Source: Armatimonadota bacterium (lineage in GTDB: Bacteria > Armatimonadota > Hebobacteria > CAIYQO01). From it: DNA of 64,000 nt. The notes below the pieces were generated by a model. That model was given only the letters and a program-made list of their open reading frames with translations, had not been told where the DNA came from and searched no databases. Each line of letters begins with the position of its first letter. Position 1 is the stretch's first letter. Both the position numbers and the translations under genes were made by a program. The stretch spans positions 1 to 64,000 of the forward strand of contig JBBRXO010000002.1 of assembly GCA_038248345.1 (NCBI GenBank), given 5' to 3'. Below, one piece after another: positions 1 to 10,994 of the stretch.

Positions 1-27
1 CCACATTCACTCCCGGGTTACCCACAC

Positions 28-1029
28 CTATTGTTGTAAATCCATTATTTCGACTTTTGCTGCTGGATCGCGAAGGTTGGTTACCCGCTTCCAAGGGAGG
101 AGTTTTTGCGTGGTCTCCAGCCATCCAGGTTGAGCAGCACGTATTTTATCCATACGCGTTAGAAAGCGCAGCGCCGGTTTGATCTCCGCAATTGCTGGTA
201 CCCACTCGTCTTTAATCTCTTCGACATAAAACACGCGAAAATCTGTGATACCCGTCGTCCTATCTGTGTAGGAAAGCGGGATGGTGGTATACTGTCCAGC
301 CTTTAAACCCTGACCATTACGCGCGTTAAAAATAGCATCGGAGAAGCTCGGTATCTGCATGGTTTCTTTCGTCCACCATCCTACATCACCTTTTACTTTC
401 TTCAAATTCTCATCATTAGACAATTCAACAGAGATCATCTGCGCGTTATCCAGCGGATCATGTTTCTCCAGACGATTACAGGCGCTTTTTGCTTCAGCGT
501 AATTCTTTGTGATGATGGCGGTTAGCTTCACCATCCGGGGGCGGAAGAAGATTTTGGGATTATTTACATACCATTCAGTCATTTCGGCTTCCGAAATGGA
601 GACTTTCATCACCTTCTCTGCCAGCATCGTAAACCGAGTCTCTTCATCCAGCAACTCCTGCGGAATAGAATCGAGGATACTCTTGGAACCGAGGATATCA
701 GCTAGCTGGTCGAATTGCCCCACCAGGTTCTTATATTCTTCGACGCGCAGCTTCACTTCTTCCGGGGTCACGGTTATTTTGTTGATGCGTGCAACTTCCT
801 CGACATAGGCCCGATACTTCATATCCTTCTCCAGCACACTCATACCACTTTGCAATATCGTCGCCTCTGCCAATTGCCCGCGGGTGATAGTTGTCTCCCC
901 CACCTGGCACACCGGCTGGCTGTAATTGAACGATGTGACAGCGCTATACCCACCGGTGACGAGAGCACCGGTGAAAAAGCCCACCAATAGCCCCACGGCC
1001 AGTAACATCACGGATTTTACCTGTTTCAT
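28..1029 (-). CDS. PrsA/SurA-like foldase (SurA N-terminal plus parvulin-like domain), probably degenerate PPIase site
   Basis: N-terminal hydrophobic anchor; SurA-like ITVTPEEV helix; parvulin-like P..VKL..I..K...A and S.D....KGDVGW motifs; canonical His residues not seen. Confidence 0.7.
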   Translation of the reverse strand: MKQVKSVMLLAVGLLVGFFTGALVTGGYSAVTSFNYSQPVCQVGETTITRGQLAEATILQSGMSVLEKDMKYRAYVEEVARINKITVTPEEVKLRVEEYKNLVGQFDQLADILGSKSILDSIPQELLDEETRFTMLAEKVMKVSISEAEMTEWYVNNPKIFFRPRMVKLTAIITKNYAEAKSACNRLEKHDPLDNAQMISVELSNDENLKKVKGDVGWWTKETMQIPSFSDAIFNARNGQGLKAGQYTTIPLSYTDRTTGITDFRVFYVEEIKDEWVPAIAEIKPALRFLTRMDKIRAAQPGWLETTQKLLPWKRVTNLRDPAAKVEIMDLQQ

Positions 1030-1109
1030 TGATTAGCATCCTCCTGCATAACCTACTAGTAGAATATTACTGATTTAGTCGCCTATGGTCAAGGAGATAG
1101 GTATCGCTC

Positions 1110-1940
1110 TTACAGATTCACCCGCCGCAGCACTGCTGCATCATCGCACTGCACCGTGCGGGCGTAACTGACGGCAGGGTAGCCAAAGAGCATCCCATAA
1201 TAAGCATGATCCAATGGCAGGCCAATAAGAGATTTTAACTCCGGCAATGACTCCAACGTCATCTTCAACATCCCCCACCATACCGTACCGAGGCCAGCGC
1301 TCTGCGCCAGCAACTCGAAATAGGCCAGGGAAAGCGCGACATCCTCATTGGGGCACGGTGCATTGGGCGGGGCGGAGATAATCAACGCGTGCGGAGCATT
1401 GCGGAAGAGTATAGCCACACCCACCTCAAACGGTTGGCTGGCGATATGCCCCAGGTATGCGATTCCGGCAGGGATACGATCTTCAGTAGCCGCCTGTTTG
1501 AGCGCTGCTAATATCTGGTGCTGCAATTTCCGCATCACATCTTTGTCATCAATCACATTTAAGGTCAACTCGCACGCATTCACCCCCGTTGGTGCATTAG
1601 CTAGTGTCACCAGTAATTGATTCAACAACACCGGGTCGACGTTCTCATCTTTATACCTCCGCACACTTCGCCGTCCTCGCACCAGCCGCATCATCTTTGT
1701 TATAGTTGGGAAAGAATCGGCGGATAGCGGGATACTGTTTGCGGGGTTTTTACCGAATATCGATACCGCTCCGGTGGGACATATTGCCAGACAATGTTGG
1801 CAGTGGATGCAACCTGCCTCCTTCTCCAGCAGGATATACGGCACCACATCACCCTCCTGAACGATGATACGCGAGACACAATCCCGCGCACATTCCCCAC
1901 AACGGATGCATAAATCAGCATCAACGGCAAATTGTAGCAT
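1110..1940 (-). CDS. Nitroreductase family protein with N-terminal 2x[4Fe-4S] ferredoxin domain
   Basis: CIRCGECARDC and CIHCQHCLAICP motifs; RRSVRRY and APTGVN nitroreductase motifs. Confidence 0.9.
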   Translation of the reverse strand: MLQFAVDADLCIRCGECARDCVSRIIVQEGDVVPYILLEKEAGCIHCQHCLAICPTGAVSIFGKNPANSIPLSADSFPTITKMMRLVRGRRSVRRYKDENVDPVLLNQLLVTLANAPTGVNACELTLNVIDDKDVMRKLQHQILAALKQAATEDRIPAGIAYLGHIASQPFEVGVAILFRNAPHALIISAPPNAPCPNEDVALSLAYFELLAQSAGLGTVWWGMLKMTLESLPELKSLIGLPLDHAYYGMLFGYPAVSYARTVQCDDAAVLRRVNL

Positions 1941-2143
1941 TTATACTACCCCCTCTTTTTATTGTAATACTTTTGCATCGTCAAATGTAGTGGATTGCCG
2001 GACAATTGGCGATATCGATCCAATTAAGCTGAAGAATCCCGTTCATATTTGACACAAACATTGCTACCACGTACACTATCGTTAATATAGTTGCACTGGA
2101 GTACTGATGTTACCGCAGCCTTTCATCCTGTGGAGGTTTTGTT

Positions 2144-5100
2144 ATGGAATTCATCGGCCTGATACTGATATTAGCAATAATCGCATTTTTTCTCTTCCCC
2201 TTCTTTGCATCGATTCATCTGCTGAAAAAAGTAAAGCAGCTAGAAAGCGAAATTAACCAGTTACGCATTATTTCCGGCAGAAAGCAGAGCACCGAATCAA
2301 TCCCCCCGCCTGCTCCAGGAGATCAAGGTATTGCCCCACAGCCAGCTACATTTGAACCACGACCAATGGTTACCCCACCAGTGTATACCTATCATGAATC
2401 CCAGCCTCCGGCGCCAGTGACATCGCCGCTGGTACCACCACCGCCCGGTATAGAGCCACATACTTCCGCCTTTGTGCAAGCGCAGGAGGAAGAGAATAGC
2501 TCGTATGCCTCTCCGGTATTCAGCGAGAAGCGTGGCCGCACCATGGAAGAGTGGGAGATGCTCATTGGCGGCAAGTGGATGAACTGGCTAGGGGCAATCG
2601 TGCTGGTCATCGGCCTCGGTTTCTTCTATAAGATGGCTGTCGACGCGGGCTGGATCACCCAGGATTTACGCGTTCTGCTCGGACTGGTAGTCGGGGCGTC
2701 ACTGCTCTTTATGGGCAACCATTTCCACCGCAAGGGCCTGCCCATCTTCTCTCATGGTCTTGTCGGTGCCGGCATCGCCATCCTCTATCTGGCAGTCTAT
2801 GCCGCCTACGGCATCTACCATTTACAATATATGGAGAAGTCTGTCACCCTGCTGGCGCTCTCTGCTGTTACCGCTGTTGCCATCTGGCAGTCGCTGCGGT
2901 ATAACTCCATTGCGGTCGTGCTACTCGCTATGATCGGCGGCTTTCTCACTCCAATAGTGCTGCACGGTGAGACGGCCAGCGCCATCTCCCATGTATCCTT
3001 CTTCACCTATCTGGTATTCCTCAACCTCGCCCTGCTGGGCGTCCAGGTAAAGAAAGAAGGATGGGTGGTAATAGCCCCCCTGGCGCAGATATGCACCTTC
3101 GTCCTCTTCAACTACTGGCTGGCGGGCAATTCCCCTGTCTCTACCCTACTGCCGTTACCCTTTATCGCCGTCCTCTGGTTGCTCTATCATGGCTACCACT
3201 GCTTACGTATTTACACCGACCACCGGAATTACGAAGGAATTGCCATCCTGGTGCTGATTATTAATGCAGCGGTGGTAGTTTACAGTTTCTACCAGCTATT
3301 AGAGCCAGAATTCCACTACCTGCTCGCGCCTGTTGTTTTGGGCGTTGCCGCCGTGTACGCTGTCACCGGCTTCTGGGTTCGCAATCTGCGTAAAGATGAT
3401 AGTCACGAGATCATGCGCATCGACCTGCTGGCGATAATTCTGCTGGCACTGGGTAGCTACTACAAGTTTGACGGTTTCACCCTAGCTATCGTCTATGCAG
3501 CAGAGGGGCTGGCGCTCGTGTGGCTGGGCGTTCAGGGGAACTATCGTCACGTCTGGATTGCCGCGCAGGGTATATTCACACTGGCGCTACTGGCTATAAT
3601 CACTTCAACGGATGCCCTGGGATATTCCCTGGGGAAAGATTTCTTTCCTATTATGAATATGCGCTTTGCTGCCTATGGGGCGCTCATCGGCGCACTAGCT
3701 GCGAGCGGCGTTATCTTCCTGCGGCTGGAGGAGAATCTGCAAGCAGTAATGGGCGCCACGATGAAATATGCCGTCGCTGCCCTCGGCCTTATCCTGATCG
3801 CTACCGAATTCAACACGACGATGCAGATGCTTACGCGAGACAACTATAATGCCATCTATTCCGGCACACAGGCGCTATTGAATTGCGCCATAATCATCAT
3901 TTACACACTTCCGCTGGTACTTATGGGGCTACGGTACGCGAAGAAGTGGTTAGTCGTCACTGGTATTGTCATCCTCTGCATTACGGTGTTAGCCGCTGTA
4001 TACAACTCATTTATCCAGATTGATGTTAATTACTTCATCCCACTGCTCAATATGCGCGCCATTCCGCTGTTAATAATTGTCGGTGGGCTTTGTCTGTACT
4101 CGTATTTCATCAATAAGATTATCGCAGAAGAGACGCCGGAACGCAGAATTGCATTGGAAATCACCCGCTTGCTGGCCGCGAGCATCGGCTTCCTCTTCCT
4201 CACACTGGAGCTAAGCGCCACACTCCGCCATTTCGCCGCTCTCGACAGCATCGTCGACCATAACATCATCGATATGCTGCTCTTCTCCATCCAGCCTGGA
4301 CTGCCGCTACTGTGGACTATCTATGCGGTGCCGCTGGTTGGGTACGCGCTGAAGCAAAAATCACGCCCGCTACTCTATTTCGGCCTAGCGCTGCAGTTGC
4401 TGGCGGTGGTGATCATGAGTACGGACACTGTGGTCTATAATCCTATCAGCACCTTCATTCCGATTCTCAATCTGCGTGCCATCCCCTTCCTGCTTCTGCT
4501 GGCTGGTATGGCTTGGGAGAACCGCTTGCTGGGTTTGCATGAGGATGTGTTCAGCGAGATCAAAGATATACGCGAGGTGTTCCGCGTCTTCATCGCCATG
4601 CTCATCTTCGAGTTCGCCACGCTGGAGATCAACGACTACTTCCATCGCCAGTACTACGCCCTGGCTAGCAGTGGTTCCGTTCGCCAGTCCTATGCATTCA
4701 TGCAGCGAATGATTCTGCCGGTAGCGTGGACGCTCTTCGCCATTCCCGTCATCTTCCTGGGGCTACGCCGCAAGGCCACCTGGTTTACCTATCTGGGTAT
4801 TATTGCCCTCTTCATCGGCGTGCTCTGGGTTGGCCTTATGGGGTTCGCATATCAACATTATGGCAATTACTCACCTCTCATCAATGTGCGCTTCTTCGCC
4901 TTCCTGCTGGTAGTCACTGGGATCATCACCGCCACCCGCAAACTGACGGAGTCGCGTGATGAATTCACCTGGGCTGCCCCACTGGCCCGCTTCATGCAGA
5001 TCGTCTGCTCATTGCTACTTCTCGAGTTAATCTCCTGTGAAGTGCTCGATTATTACTACTATATGCTCCAACAGCCCGGAGCGGCCATCAAACACCTGCA

Positions 5101-5371
5101 GGAGATGCAACAACTGGTGCTCTCCCTCGGCTGGCTGGCCTTCAGCATCCTGCTGCTCGCCTACGGCTTCTGGCGCAAGGTGCGCAACCTGCGCCTGCTC
5201 TCCATGATGGTCTTCACCATCACCATCTTTAAGATCTTCATCTTCGACCTCGCTTTCCTGGATAAAGGCTACCGCGTGCTCTCCATCATCACGCTAGGCC
5301 TCATCCTCTTCGGAGCGAGTTACCTATACCAACGCTTCAAAGAGATTATCATGGCACAACATCAGGAGTAG
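2144..5371 (+). CDS. DUF2339 family large polytopic membrane protein
   Basis: Pro-rich linker, WE..IGG.WMNW.G motif, many TM helices, C-terminal K.F..DL......R..S...LG. Confidence 0.85.
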   Translation: MEFIGLILILAIIAFFLFPFFASIHLLKKVKQLESEINQLRIISGRKQSTESIPPPAPGDQGIAPQPATFEPRPMVTPPVYTYHESQPPAPVTSPLVPPPPGIEPHTSAFVQAQEEENSSYASPVFSEKRGRTMEEWEMLIGGKWMNWLGAIVLVIGLGFFYKMAVDAGWITQDLRVLLGLVVGASLLFMGNHFHRKGLPIFSHGLVGAGIAILYLAVYAAYGIYHLQYMEKSVTLLALSAVTAVAIWQSLRYNSIAVVLLAMIGGFLTPIVLHGETASAISHVSFFTYLVFLNLALLGVQVKKEGWVVIAPLAQICTFVLFNYWLAGNSPVSTLLPLPFIAVLWLLYHGYHCLRIYTDHRNYEGIAILVLIINAAVVVYSFYQLLEPEFHYLLAPVVLGVAAVYAVTGFWVRNLRKDDSHEIMRIDLLAIILLALGSYYKFDGFTLAIVYAAEGLALVWLGVQGNYRHVWIAAQGIFTLALLAIITSTDALGYSLGKDFFPIMNMRFAAYGALIGALAASGVIFLRLEENLQAVMGATMKYAVAALGLILIATEFNTTMQMLTRDNYNAIYSGTQALLNCAIIIIYTLPLVLMGLRYAKKWLVVTGIVILCITVLAAVYNSFIQIDVNYFIPLLNMRAIPLLIIVGGLCLYSYFINKIIAEETPERRIALEITRLLAASIGFLFLTLELSATLRHFAALDSIVDHNIIDMLLFSIQPGLPLLWTIYAVPLVGYALKQKSRPLLYFGLALQLLAVVIMSTDTVVYNPISTFIPILNLRAIPFLLLLAGMAWENRLLGLHEDVFSEIKDIREVFRVFIAMLIFEFATLEINDYFHRQYYALASSGSVRQSYAFMQRMILPVAWTLFAIPVIFLGLRRKATWFTYLGIIALFIGVLWVGLMGFAYQHYGNYSPLINVRFFAFLLVVTGIITATRKLTESRDEFTWAAPLARFMQIVCSLLLLELISCEVLDYYYYMLQQPGAAIKHLQEMQQLVLSLGWLAFSILLLAYGFWRKVRNLRLLSMMVFTITIFKIFIFDLAFLDKGYRVLSIITLGLILFGASYLYQRFKEIIMAQHQE

Positions 5372-5397
5372 CCCGCCGGTGCGGCACGCGGGGGTAT

Positions 5398-5494
5398 GTA
5401 GGGGCACATGGCATGTGCCCGCTAAACGGGGTATCGGAGGCATGACCAGTTGAGTTGTATGTGTACGACGTGGGCACAAGCCTTGTGCCCCTAC
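5398..5494. repeat. REPIN-like element family A, copy 1
   Basis: GTAGGGGCACATGGCATGTGCCC...GGGCACAAGCCTTGTGCCCCTAC; homologous copies at 23181, 26368, 49971. Confidence 0.85.
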
Positions 5495-5708
5495 CCACCC
5501 CAACTCAGGTGTCATGTTTGTGTTCCTCCCCCACCTATTCCCTATTTCTATTTCTCTTCGTGCCTTCGTGTCTTCGCGGTTCATTCTAACTTGGAACTAC
5601 GATACTCTTGCAGTTTATACAATGTAAGGATAAAATGAACTAGGTTGGAGGTAGAAACCTATTTTCTATTATCTACTTCTTCCTATTTCCTGACAAAAGG
5701 AGAATGTT

Positions 5709-6341
5709 ATGGAAGCTTGGTCAGTTTCGGTATATTGGATCTGCCTGATCGTCGGAGTCGGCTACTCACTAATTGCATTAGCGATGGGCGGGGTTCATGG
5801 GGCTGCCGGGCCCGACGGTGGCATGGGTCAAGGCGGGGATTTCAACCACAACTACGGCATGGGCGGGCAAGGCACATCCGGCCATGGTGCCGCTACCGGG
5901 AATGACTCCGCCAGCGGCACTGAGATGATCTTCGGGCCGTTCTCCCCGCTGGTCATCGCCTTTTTCCTCACCTGTTTCGGCGGCGCCGGGGTGTTGCTGG
6001 CTCCGCATTTTTCGCCAATCGTCGCCATGTTGCTGGCCTTCGTCTCCGGCCTCGTGCTGGCCTACCTGCTCATCTTCAGCTTCAATAAGCTTCTCGGCGC
6101 ATTGCCCAGCAGCAGCGAGATCAAACTCGCCAGCCTGGTGGGACTAGAGGCGGAGGTCACCGTAGCCCTGCCCCCCACCGGCGTCGGCGAGATCGCCTAC
6201 GTCGCCATGGGCAGCCGCAACGTAGCCCCCGCACACAACGAGACCGGCACCACCATCCCCCGCTTTTCTTCCGTACGCATCACCCGCATCGTCGGCAACA
6301 TGTTCTATGTAGTACCGGCGGATGCGGAGAAGAAAGAGTAA
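5709..6341 (+). CDS. NfeD-like (YuaF-type) membrane protein with C-terminal OB fold
   Basis: TM, Gly/His-rich loop, FSP..IA.F...FG..G, then LVG.EAEV...P..G.GE OB domain. Confidence 0.75.
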   Translation: MEAWSVSVYWICLIVGVGYSLIALAMGGVHGAAGPDGGMGQGGDFNHNYGMGGQGTSGHGAATGNDSASGTEMIFGPFSPLVIAFFLTCFGGAGVLLAPHFSPIVAMLLAFVSGLVLAYLLIFSFNKLLGALPSSSEIKLASLVGLEAEVTVALPPTGVGEIAYVAMGSRNVAPAHNETGTTIPRFSSVRITRIVGNMFYVVPADAEKKE

Positions 6342-6344
6342 TAG

Positions 6345-6410
6345 TTTAAACACAGAGAGCACAGAGGAGTTTATTATTCTCTCTGTGCCCTCTGTGCTCT
6401 CTGTGTTTAA
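6345..6410. repeat. Inverted array of 9-mer-like repeats (CACAGAG/CTCTGTG) between convergent genes
   Basis: tttaaacacagagagcacagagg...ctctgtgccctctgtgctctctgtgtttaaa. Confidence 0.75.
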
Positions 6411-6423
6411 AAAAAATGCAGGA

Positions 6424-6828
6424 CTACCTCTTCACCAATGGGTTTCCATCAACATCCGGCAGGTTACCAGTGATGATCATGATCAAGTCTATCAGCGCCC
6501 ATATCCCACAGCCGCCGGCAGTGATCAATTTGATAATCCCCAACGTGGTGTAACCCATGTAGAAACGATCTACTCCCAGACCGCCGAGGAAGAAGGACAG
6601 CAATACTGCCGTCAGCCAATCGCGCTGCCCGGGCATCGCCCCGATCCCCCCCTGCTGCATGTTGGGACTGTTTAATCCAGCGCCACAATTCACACATGCA
6701 ACTGCAATAGGAGCAGTACCATTGCCACAATTCGGGCAAAATGCTCTCCCCGTACCTAGTGAAACGCCACATTTGACGCATACCGCCGCACCCGGCCCAG
6801 ATTGTTGACCGCAATTTCTGCAAAACAT
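6424..6828 (-). CDS. TM2 domain protein with N-terminal zinc ribbons
   Basis: Four CxxCG motifs; LLSFFLGGLGVDRFYMG TM2 signature; AAGGAGG upstream of ATG 6828. Confidence 0.9.
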   Translation of the reverse strand: MFCRNCGQQSGPGAAVCVKCGVSLGTGRAFCPNCGNGTAPIAVACVNCGAGLNSPNMQQGGIGAMPGQRDWLTAVLLSFFLGGLGVDRFYMGYTTLGIIKLITAGGCGIWALIDLIMIITGNLPDVDGNPLVKR

Positions 6829-7116
6829 GACCTGATATACCTCCTTTAAAATTACGCCTGCATGATAGCACATTCTTTTGGCGCACTATCCAATACTTTT
6901 GACATTACTAATAGAATCCCTGCTATAAATAAAATTTTTTATCACTAATTCTGACATTTTGCGCTATACCAGTATTACCCACCATGATTTATCCCCTTCA
7001 TCTCGCTTCGTGTCTTCGTGGTTCAATCTAAAAACCAAGCAGGACTTCCCCCCCAACACACGGAAAATCTAATTAGTGGCGATATCGCCTATTAAATCTC
7101 TGGAGTTACAAACATC

Positions 7117-8475
7117 ATGGAAATACCCGCTAAATATTCATCTGCCATTGCCCGCCTGAATGCCCACACTTGCGCGGAAAGACTGATCGCCGCACGGGAA
7201 CTGGCTGCCGGGGTCGCCTGCGGTGATATCACCTTGCCAGTGCGCACCGTGGAGGTAAACAACCACGTCCACACCAGCTACTCCTTCAGCCCCTATTCGC
7301 CCACCGCCGCTGCGTGGGGGGCGATGAGCGCCGGGCTGCAGGCGGTGGGGATCATGGATCATGACTCGGTGGCGGGCGTGGAGGAGATGCTGGCCGCGGG
7401 CGCTATCTTCGGCATCGCCACCACCGCCGGCTTCGAGGTACGTGTGCGTATGAATGACACCCCCTTCGCCGGGCGCGCGCTCAACGGCCCCGGTCTCACC
7501 GGCATCGCCTACATCGCCATCCACGGCATCCCCGCCCCCATGGTGGGCCGCTGTGCGGAGTTCCTGCGCCCGGTGAATGCCGCCCGCAACGCCCGCAACC
7601 GCGCCATGGTAGCCCGGCTGAATGAGCTGCTGGCTGAGCAAGGTGTCCCCGCCGTCGACTACGAGGCGGAGGTCTACGCGCACTCCTGCGCCGCCGAGGG
7701 GGGCAGCATCACCGAGCGGCACATCCTTGCAGCGCTCTCGCAAAAGCTCATCGACGAGTACGGCAAAGGCACAGCGCTGGTGACCATGTTGAAGGAGAAA
7801 CTCAAGCTGGAACTGCCCGGCAAAATCCGTGGCTTTCTGCTTGACACTACCAACCCCCACTACCTGTATGATTTACTCGGCGTGCTCAAGTCGAGCTACA
7901 CAGATGCCTTCTTCATCGATCCCGGCCCGGACGAATGTCCCGATGTACGTGCAGCTCTGGCGCTAGCCGAGGAGATCGGCGCAATCTCCGCCTACGCCTA
8001 CCTGGGCGATGTCACCGAGTCCCCCACGGGTGATAAGAAGGCGGAGAAGTTTGAGGATGAGTTCCTGGACGAGCTGATAATCTGCCTGCGCGAGTTAGGT
8101 TTCCGCGCCATCACCTACATGCCGCCGCGCAACACCCCGGCGCAACTTGCGCGTATCGGCGCCCTCTGCGAGGAAAACGGCCTGCTGCAGATCTCCGGCG
8201 TGGACATCAACAGCTCACGACAGAGCTTCAACTGCCCGGAGATATTGGACCCGCGCCACGCTGGCCTCATCAGCGCCACCTGGGCGCTCATCGGACACGA
8301 GAAACTGGCCTCGGTAGCGCCACAATACGGATTCTTCCAACCGCTGGTCATCTCGAAATATCCGGCATTGACTGAGCGTTTGAAAGCCTTCGCTGAAGTC
8401 GGTATGGCACTCGATCAACACCACCCTCAGAGAATGCCAGCGGCAGCGAAGAATGTCGGCTATCAACCATGCTGA
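7117..8475 (+). CDS. PHP domain-containing metallo-hydrolase
   Basis: HVHTSYS, DHDS and G.E PHP motifs. Confidence 0.8.
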   Translation: MEIPAKYSSAIARLNAHTCAERLIAARELAAGVACGDITLPVRTVEVNNHVHTSYSFSPYSPTAAAWGAMSAGLQAVGIMDHDSVAGVEEMLAAGAIFGIATTAGFEVRVRMNDTPFAGRALNGPGLTGIAYIAIHGIPAPMVGRCAEFLRPVNAARNARNRAMVARLNELLAEQGVPAVDYEAEVYAHSCAAEGGSITERHILAALSQKLIDEYGKGTALVTMLKEKLKLELPGKIRGFLLDTTNPHYLYDLLGVLKSSYTDAFFIDPGPDECPDVRAALALAEEIGAISAYAYLGDVTESPTGDKKAEKFEDEFLDELIICLRELGFRAITYMPPRNTPAQLARIGALCEENGLLQISGVDINSSRQSFNCPEILDPRHAGLISATWALIGHEKLASVAPQYGFFQPLVISKYPALTERLKAFAEVGMALDQHHPQRMPAAAKNVGYQPC

Positions 8476-9500
8476 TTATCGACGGACATCTAGACTTGGC
8501 GTGGAATGCTCTCGCGTTGGGCCGAGATATAACCCAGCCGCTGGCTGTGATTCGCGCCCTTGAAGGTGAAGTACCCGCGCATGGTGCCGGGGTGGCCACC
8601 GTATGCCTCCCTTCCTTGCGTACTGCAGGCGTGCGCGTGGCAATAGCGACAATATTCGCCGCTCCGCACAGCGAGCACCAACCAGACGGATACCACACAG
8701 CAGAAGAAGCCTACGCGCAAGGCAAAGCACAACTTCGCTATTACCAGCAACTGGAAGATGACGGAGAAATACGCATCATCCGCACGCGGCAACAGCTCGC
8801 TGAGTCCATCGCTGGTGAAGGTGCCTCGCCCGGCATCGTCTTGCTCCTAGAGGGCGCGGAACCGCTTCGCACCCCCGCCGACCTGGTGGAGTACTTTGCC
8901 GTCGGTGTGCGCATTGTTGGGCCTGCCTGGCACGCCACCCGCTACGCCGGAGGTACCGGAGAACCGGGGCCACTCACCGTAATGGGAGGGGAATTGCTGC
9001 AGGAGATGGATCGCCTGGGTGTCGCTTTGGATATCAGCCACCTGGCCGAGGAAGCCTGTACGCAGGCATTTGCGCTTTTCCCTGGCAATATCATCGCTTC
9101 CCACTGCAATGCCCGCCACATTACCGCGGTAGAGCGCAATCTCACCGACGCGCACATGCAGCAAATAGTGGCGCATGGTGGTGTAATCGGCCTCGTACTC
9201 TACAACCGCTTCATTCGTAATGGTTGGAGCGAAAAAGATGGCAAGGATGCTGTTTCATTGAATCACCTGCTGGAACATGCTCGCTACATCGCGGCGACAA
9301 TCGGCGCAAAACATTTGGCGCTCGGGAGTGACATGGACGGCGGGTTGGGGCGTGACGACATCCCATGCGAACTTGATTCCTGCGCTGATTACGCAAAAAT
9401 TTCCGCCGCCCTGGCGATGAGCGGCTTCACCGACGAAGAAATTACGGGGATAATGGGCGGCAACTGGGCACGAGTGTTGGATCAACTGCTACCGAGTTAG
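8469..9500 (+). CDS. Membrane dipeptidase (peptidase M19)
   Basis: DGHLD, EGAE, DISH, SHCN, RNLTD, GSDMDG motifs. Confidence 0.92.
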   Translation: MLIIDGHLDLAWNALALGRDITQPLAVIRALEGEVPAHGAGVATVCLPSLRTAGVRVAIATIFAAPHSEHQPDGYHTAEEAYAQGKAQLRYYQQLEDDGEIRIIRTRQQLAESIAGEGASPGIVLLLEGAEPLRTPADLVEYFAVGVRIVGPAWHATRYAGGTGEPGPLTVMGGELLQEMDRLGVALDISHLAEEACTQAFALFPGNIIASHCNARHITAVERNLTDAHMQQIVAHGGVIGLVLYNRFIRNGWSEKDGKDAVSLNHLLEHARYIAATIGAKHLALGSDMDGGLGRDDIPCELDSCADYAKISAALAMSGFTDEEITGIMGGNWARVLDQLLPS

Positions 9501-10994
9501 CAGCGATTGCCGTACGATGTCGATGAGCGGTGTAGCGAACAATGCTGCGGCCAATAACAACGCCGCCCCGATAAAGGCGGGGAATATCCCCCACCCGGCG
9601 CCATCCCGCAGGGAAGGCGTAGTCTGGTGTGCCAGCCAGCGCGGTAAAGTGAATCCCACAGCTATTGCCATTAACCCTAATGCGACCACCACTAGCCACG
9701 GAGCATATAGGATAGGCCAATGGGATTTTAGCGCGATAAACCCCGGTGTTAATGGTACCGCGCAGAGGGACGCCAGTGCCACAATCATACTGACGATAAC
9801 GACCACCCGCTCACTTCGTTCCTTAAGGGTGAGCGCGGGCAATATACCGCCCCCCGCCAGCCACACCAGCATGGCCGATAACCAGGCGAATTGCGTCCAG
9901 AGGATGCCGCTGATATTGTCTTTCACCCCTGCCCCACCGTGCGCCTGAAAACCTGCCGCCAGTCCCAATAGTAGCATCCCCCCGAGGACGAGCGCGAGCG
10001 GGTGCAGATATGCAAGCGAAATCCGGCGCTTGCGTGCCACTATCGCCAGATACACCTGCCAGATTACTCCACCATAAACGGCGAGCATCCCCCACCCGGC
10101 CAGCCACACCAGAACCTTATTCAGCAGATATAGTTGATCAATATTCACATTCGGAAGTGCCTGTAACTCGGAACCGGGAAAGGTGAAACAGACCAACCGC
10201 ACTAGCGTCAGTACGCCGGTGAGTGCGAGTATCCCCGCCGCCGGTTGCCAGACCATCCGGGCATCTTCACGGCGTAACCATAGCCACCAGGGAAGATATA
10301 CTGCCGGGCACAGCATTCCCAGCATCACCATCAGCAAAGCGGCGCTGCTGGCACCTACAGACGAATTCAATAACACCTGCCATAGATTAGTAAGCGGGGC
10401 GCCGTTGGTGATACGCATAAGCCACCAGAGTCCCACCATGCCGAGAACTGCGCAGAGTAACAATACCAGACTGATCTCTACGTCGCGCCAACGCCAGTCA
10501 GGGCGGCAGATATACCACCAGAAGAGATATACCCCTACTGATAACAGCAGCCAGCAACAAAGAGTGAGGGGTTGATTGATACTGAAGAGGAGTAACTCAG
10601 CTAGGAATGTTATAATAAAGATGATGCCAAAGGGGAGAATAGTATTCGGCACCAGACTTCGCCGCGCGGCGGGCACCCAGGAAAGTAACGCCAACGTAAG
10701 ACCGAGCAGTGCCGTCCCCCAACAGGAATAGCTATCCGCACGCAGGAGGGGGAATTGCTGTTGCTGCGATCCTATAAATATTGGCTCGATAATGCCAGGG
10801 AGCGCTGCCAGGGATAGCACGGAGATACCCAGGCCTATTGCCACTGCAAACCACGCAGGGGCACGAACTGCCTGCTGGTATTCATGTTCCGGCAAACGAC
10901 GCAATGCCCGGATGGAGAGCGCGTAGATTATCAATGCCCCCACCGCGAGTAGCGGGAAAAGCAGAATTATGATTACTAACAGATCAGCAGTAAT
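9489..10994 (-). CDS. Divergent proton-antiporter-like (MrpD/NuoN/HyfB-type) polytopic membrane protein
   Basis: About 14 TM helices; LRADSYS, P...W.WL and SLCAVPLTPGF echo Proton_antipo_M motifs; frame extends to ATT at 10994 behind GGAGA. Confidence 0.5.
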   Translation of the reverse strand: MTADLLVIIILLFPLLAVGALIIYALSIRALRRLPEHEYQQAVRAPAWFAVAIGLGISVLSLAALPGIIEPIFIGSQQQQFPLLRADSYSCWGTALLGLTLALLSWVPAARRSLVPNTILPFGIIFIITFLAELLLFSINQPLTLCCWLLLSVGVYLFWWYICRPDWRWRDVEISLVLLLCAVLGMVGLWWLMRITNGAPLTNLWQVLLNSSVGASSAALLMVMLGMLCPAVYLPWWLWLRREDARMVWQPAAGILALTGVLTLVRLVCFTFPGSELQALPNVNIDQLYLLNKVLVWLAGWGMLAVYGGVIWQVYLAIVARKRRISLAYLHPLALVLGGMLLLGLAAGFQAHGGAGVKDNISGILWTQFAWLSAMLVWLAGGGILPALTLKERSERVVVIVSMIVALASLCAVPLTPGFIALKSHWPILYAPWLVVVALGLMAIAVGFTLPRWLAHQTTPSLRDGAGWGIFPAFIGAALLLAAALFATPLIDIVRQSLLTR

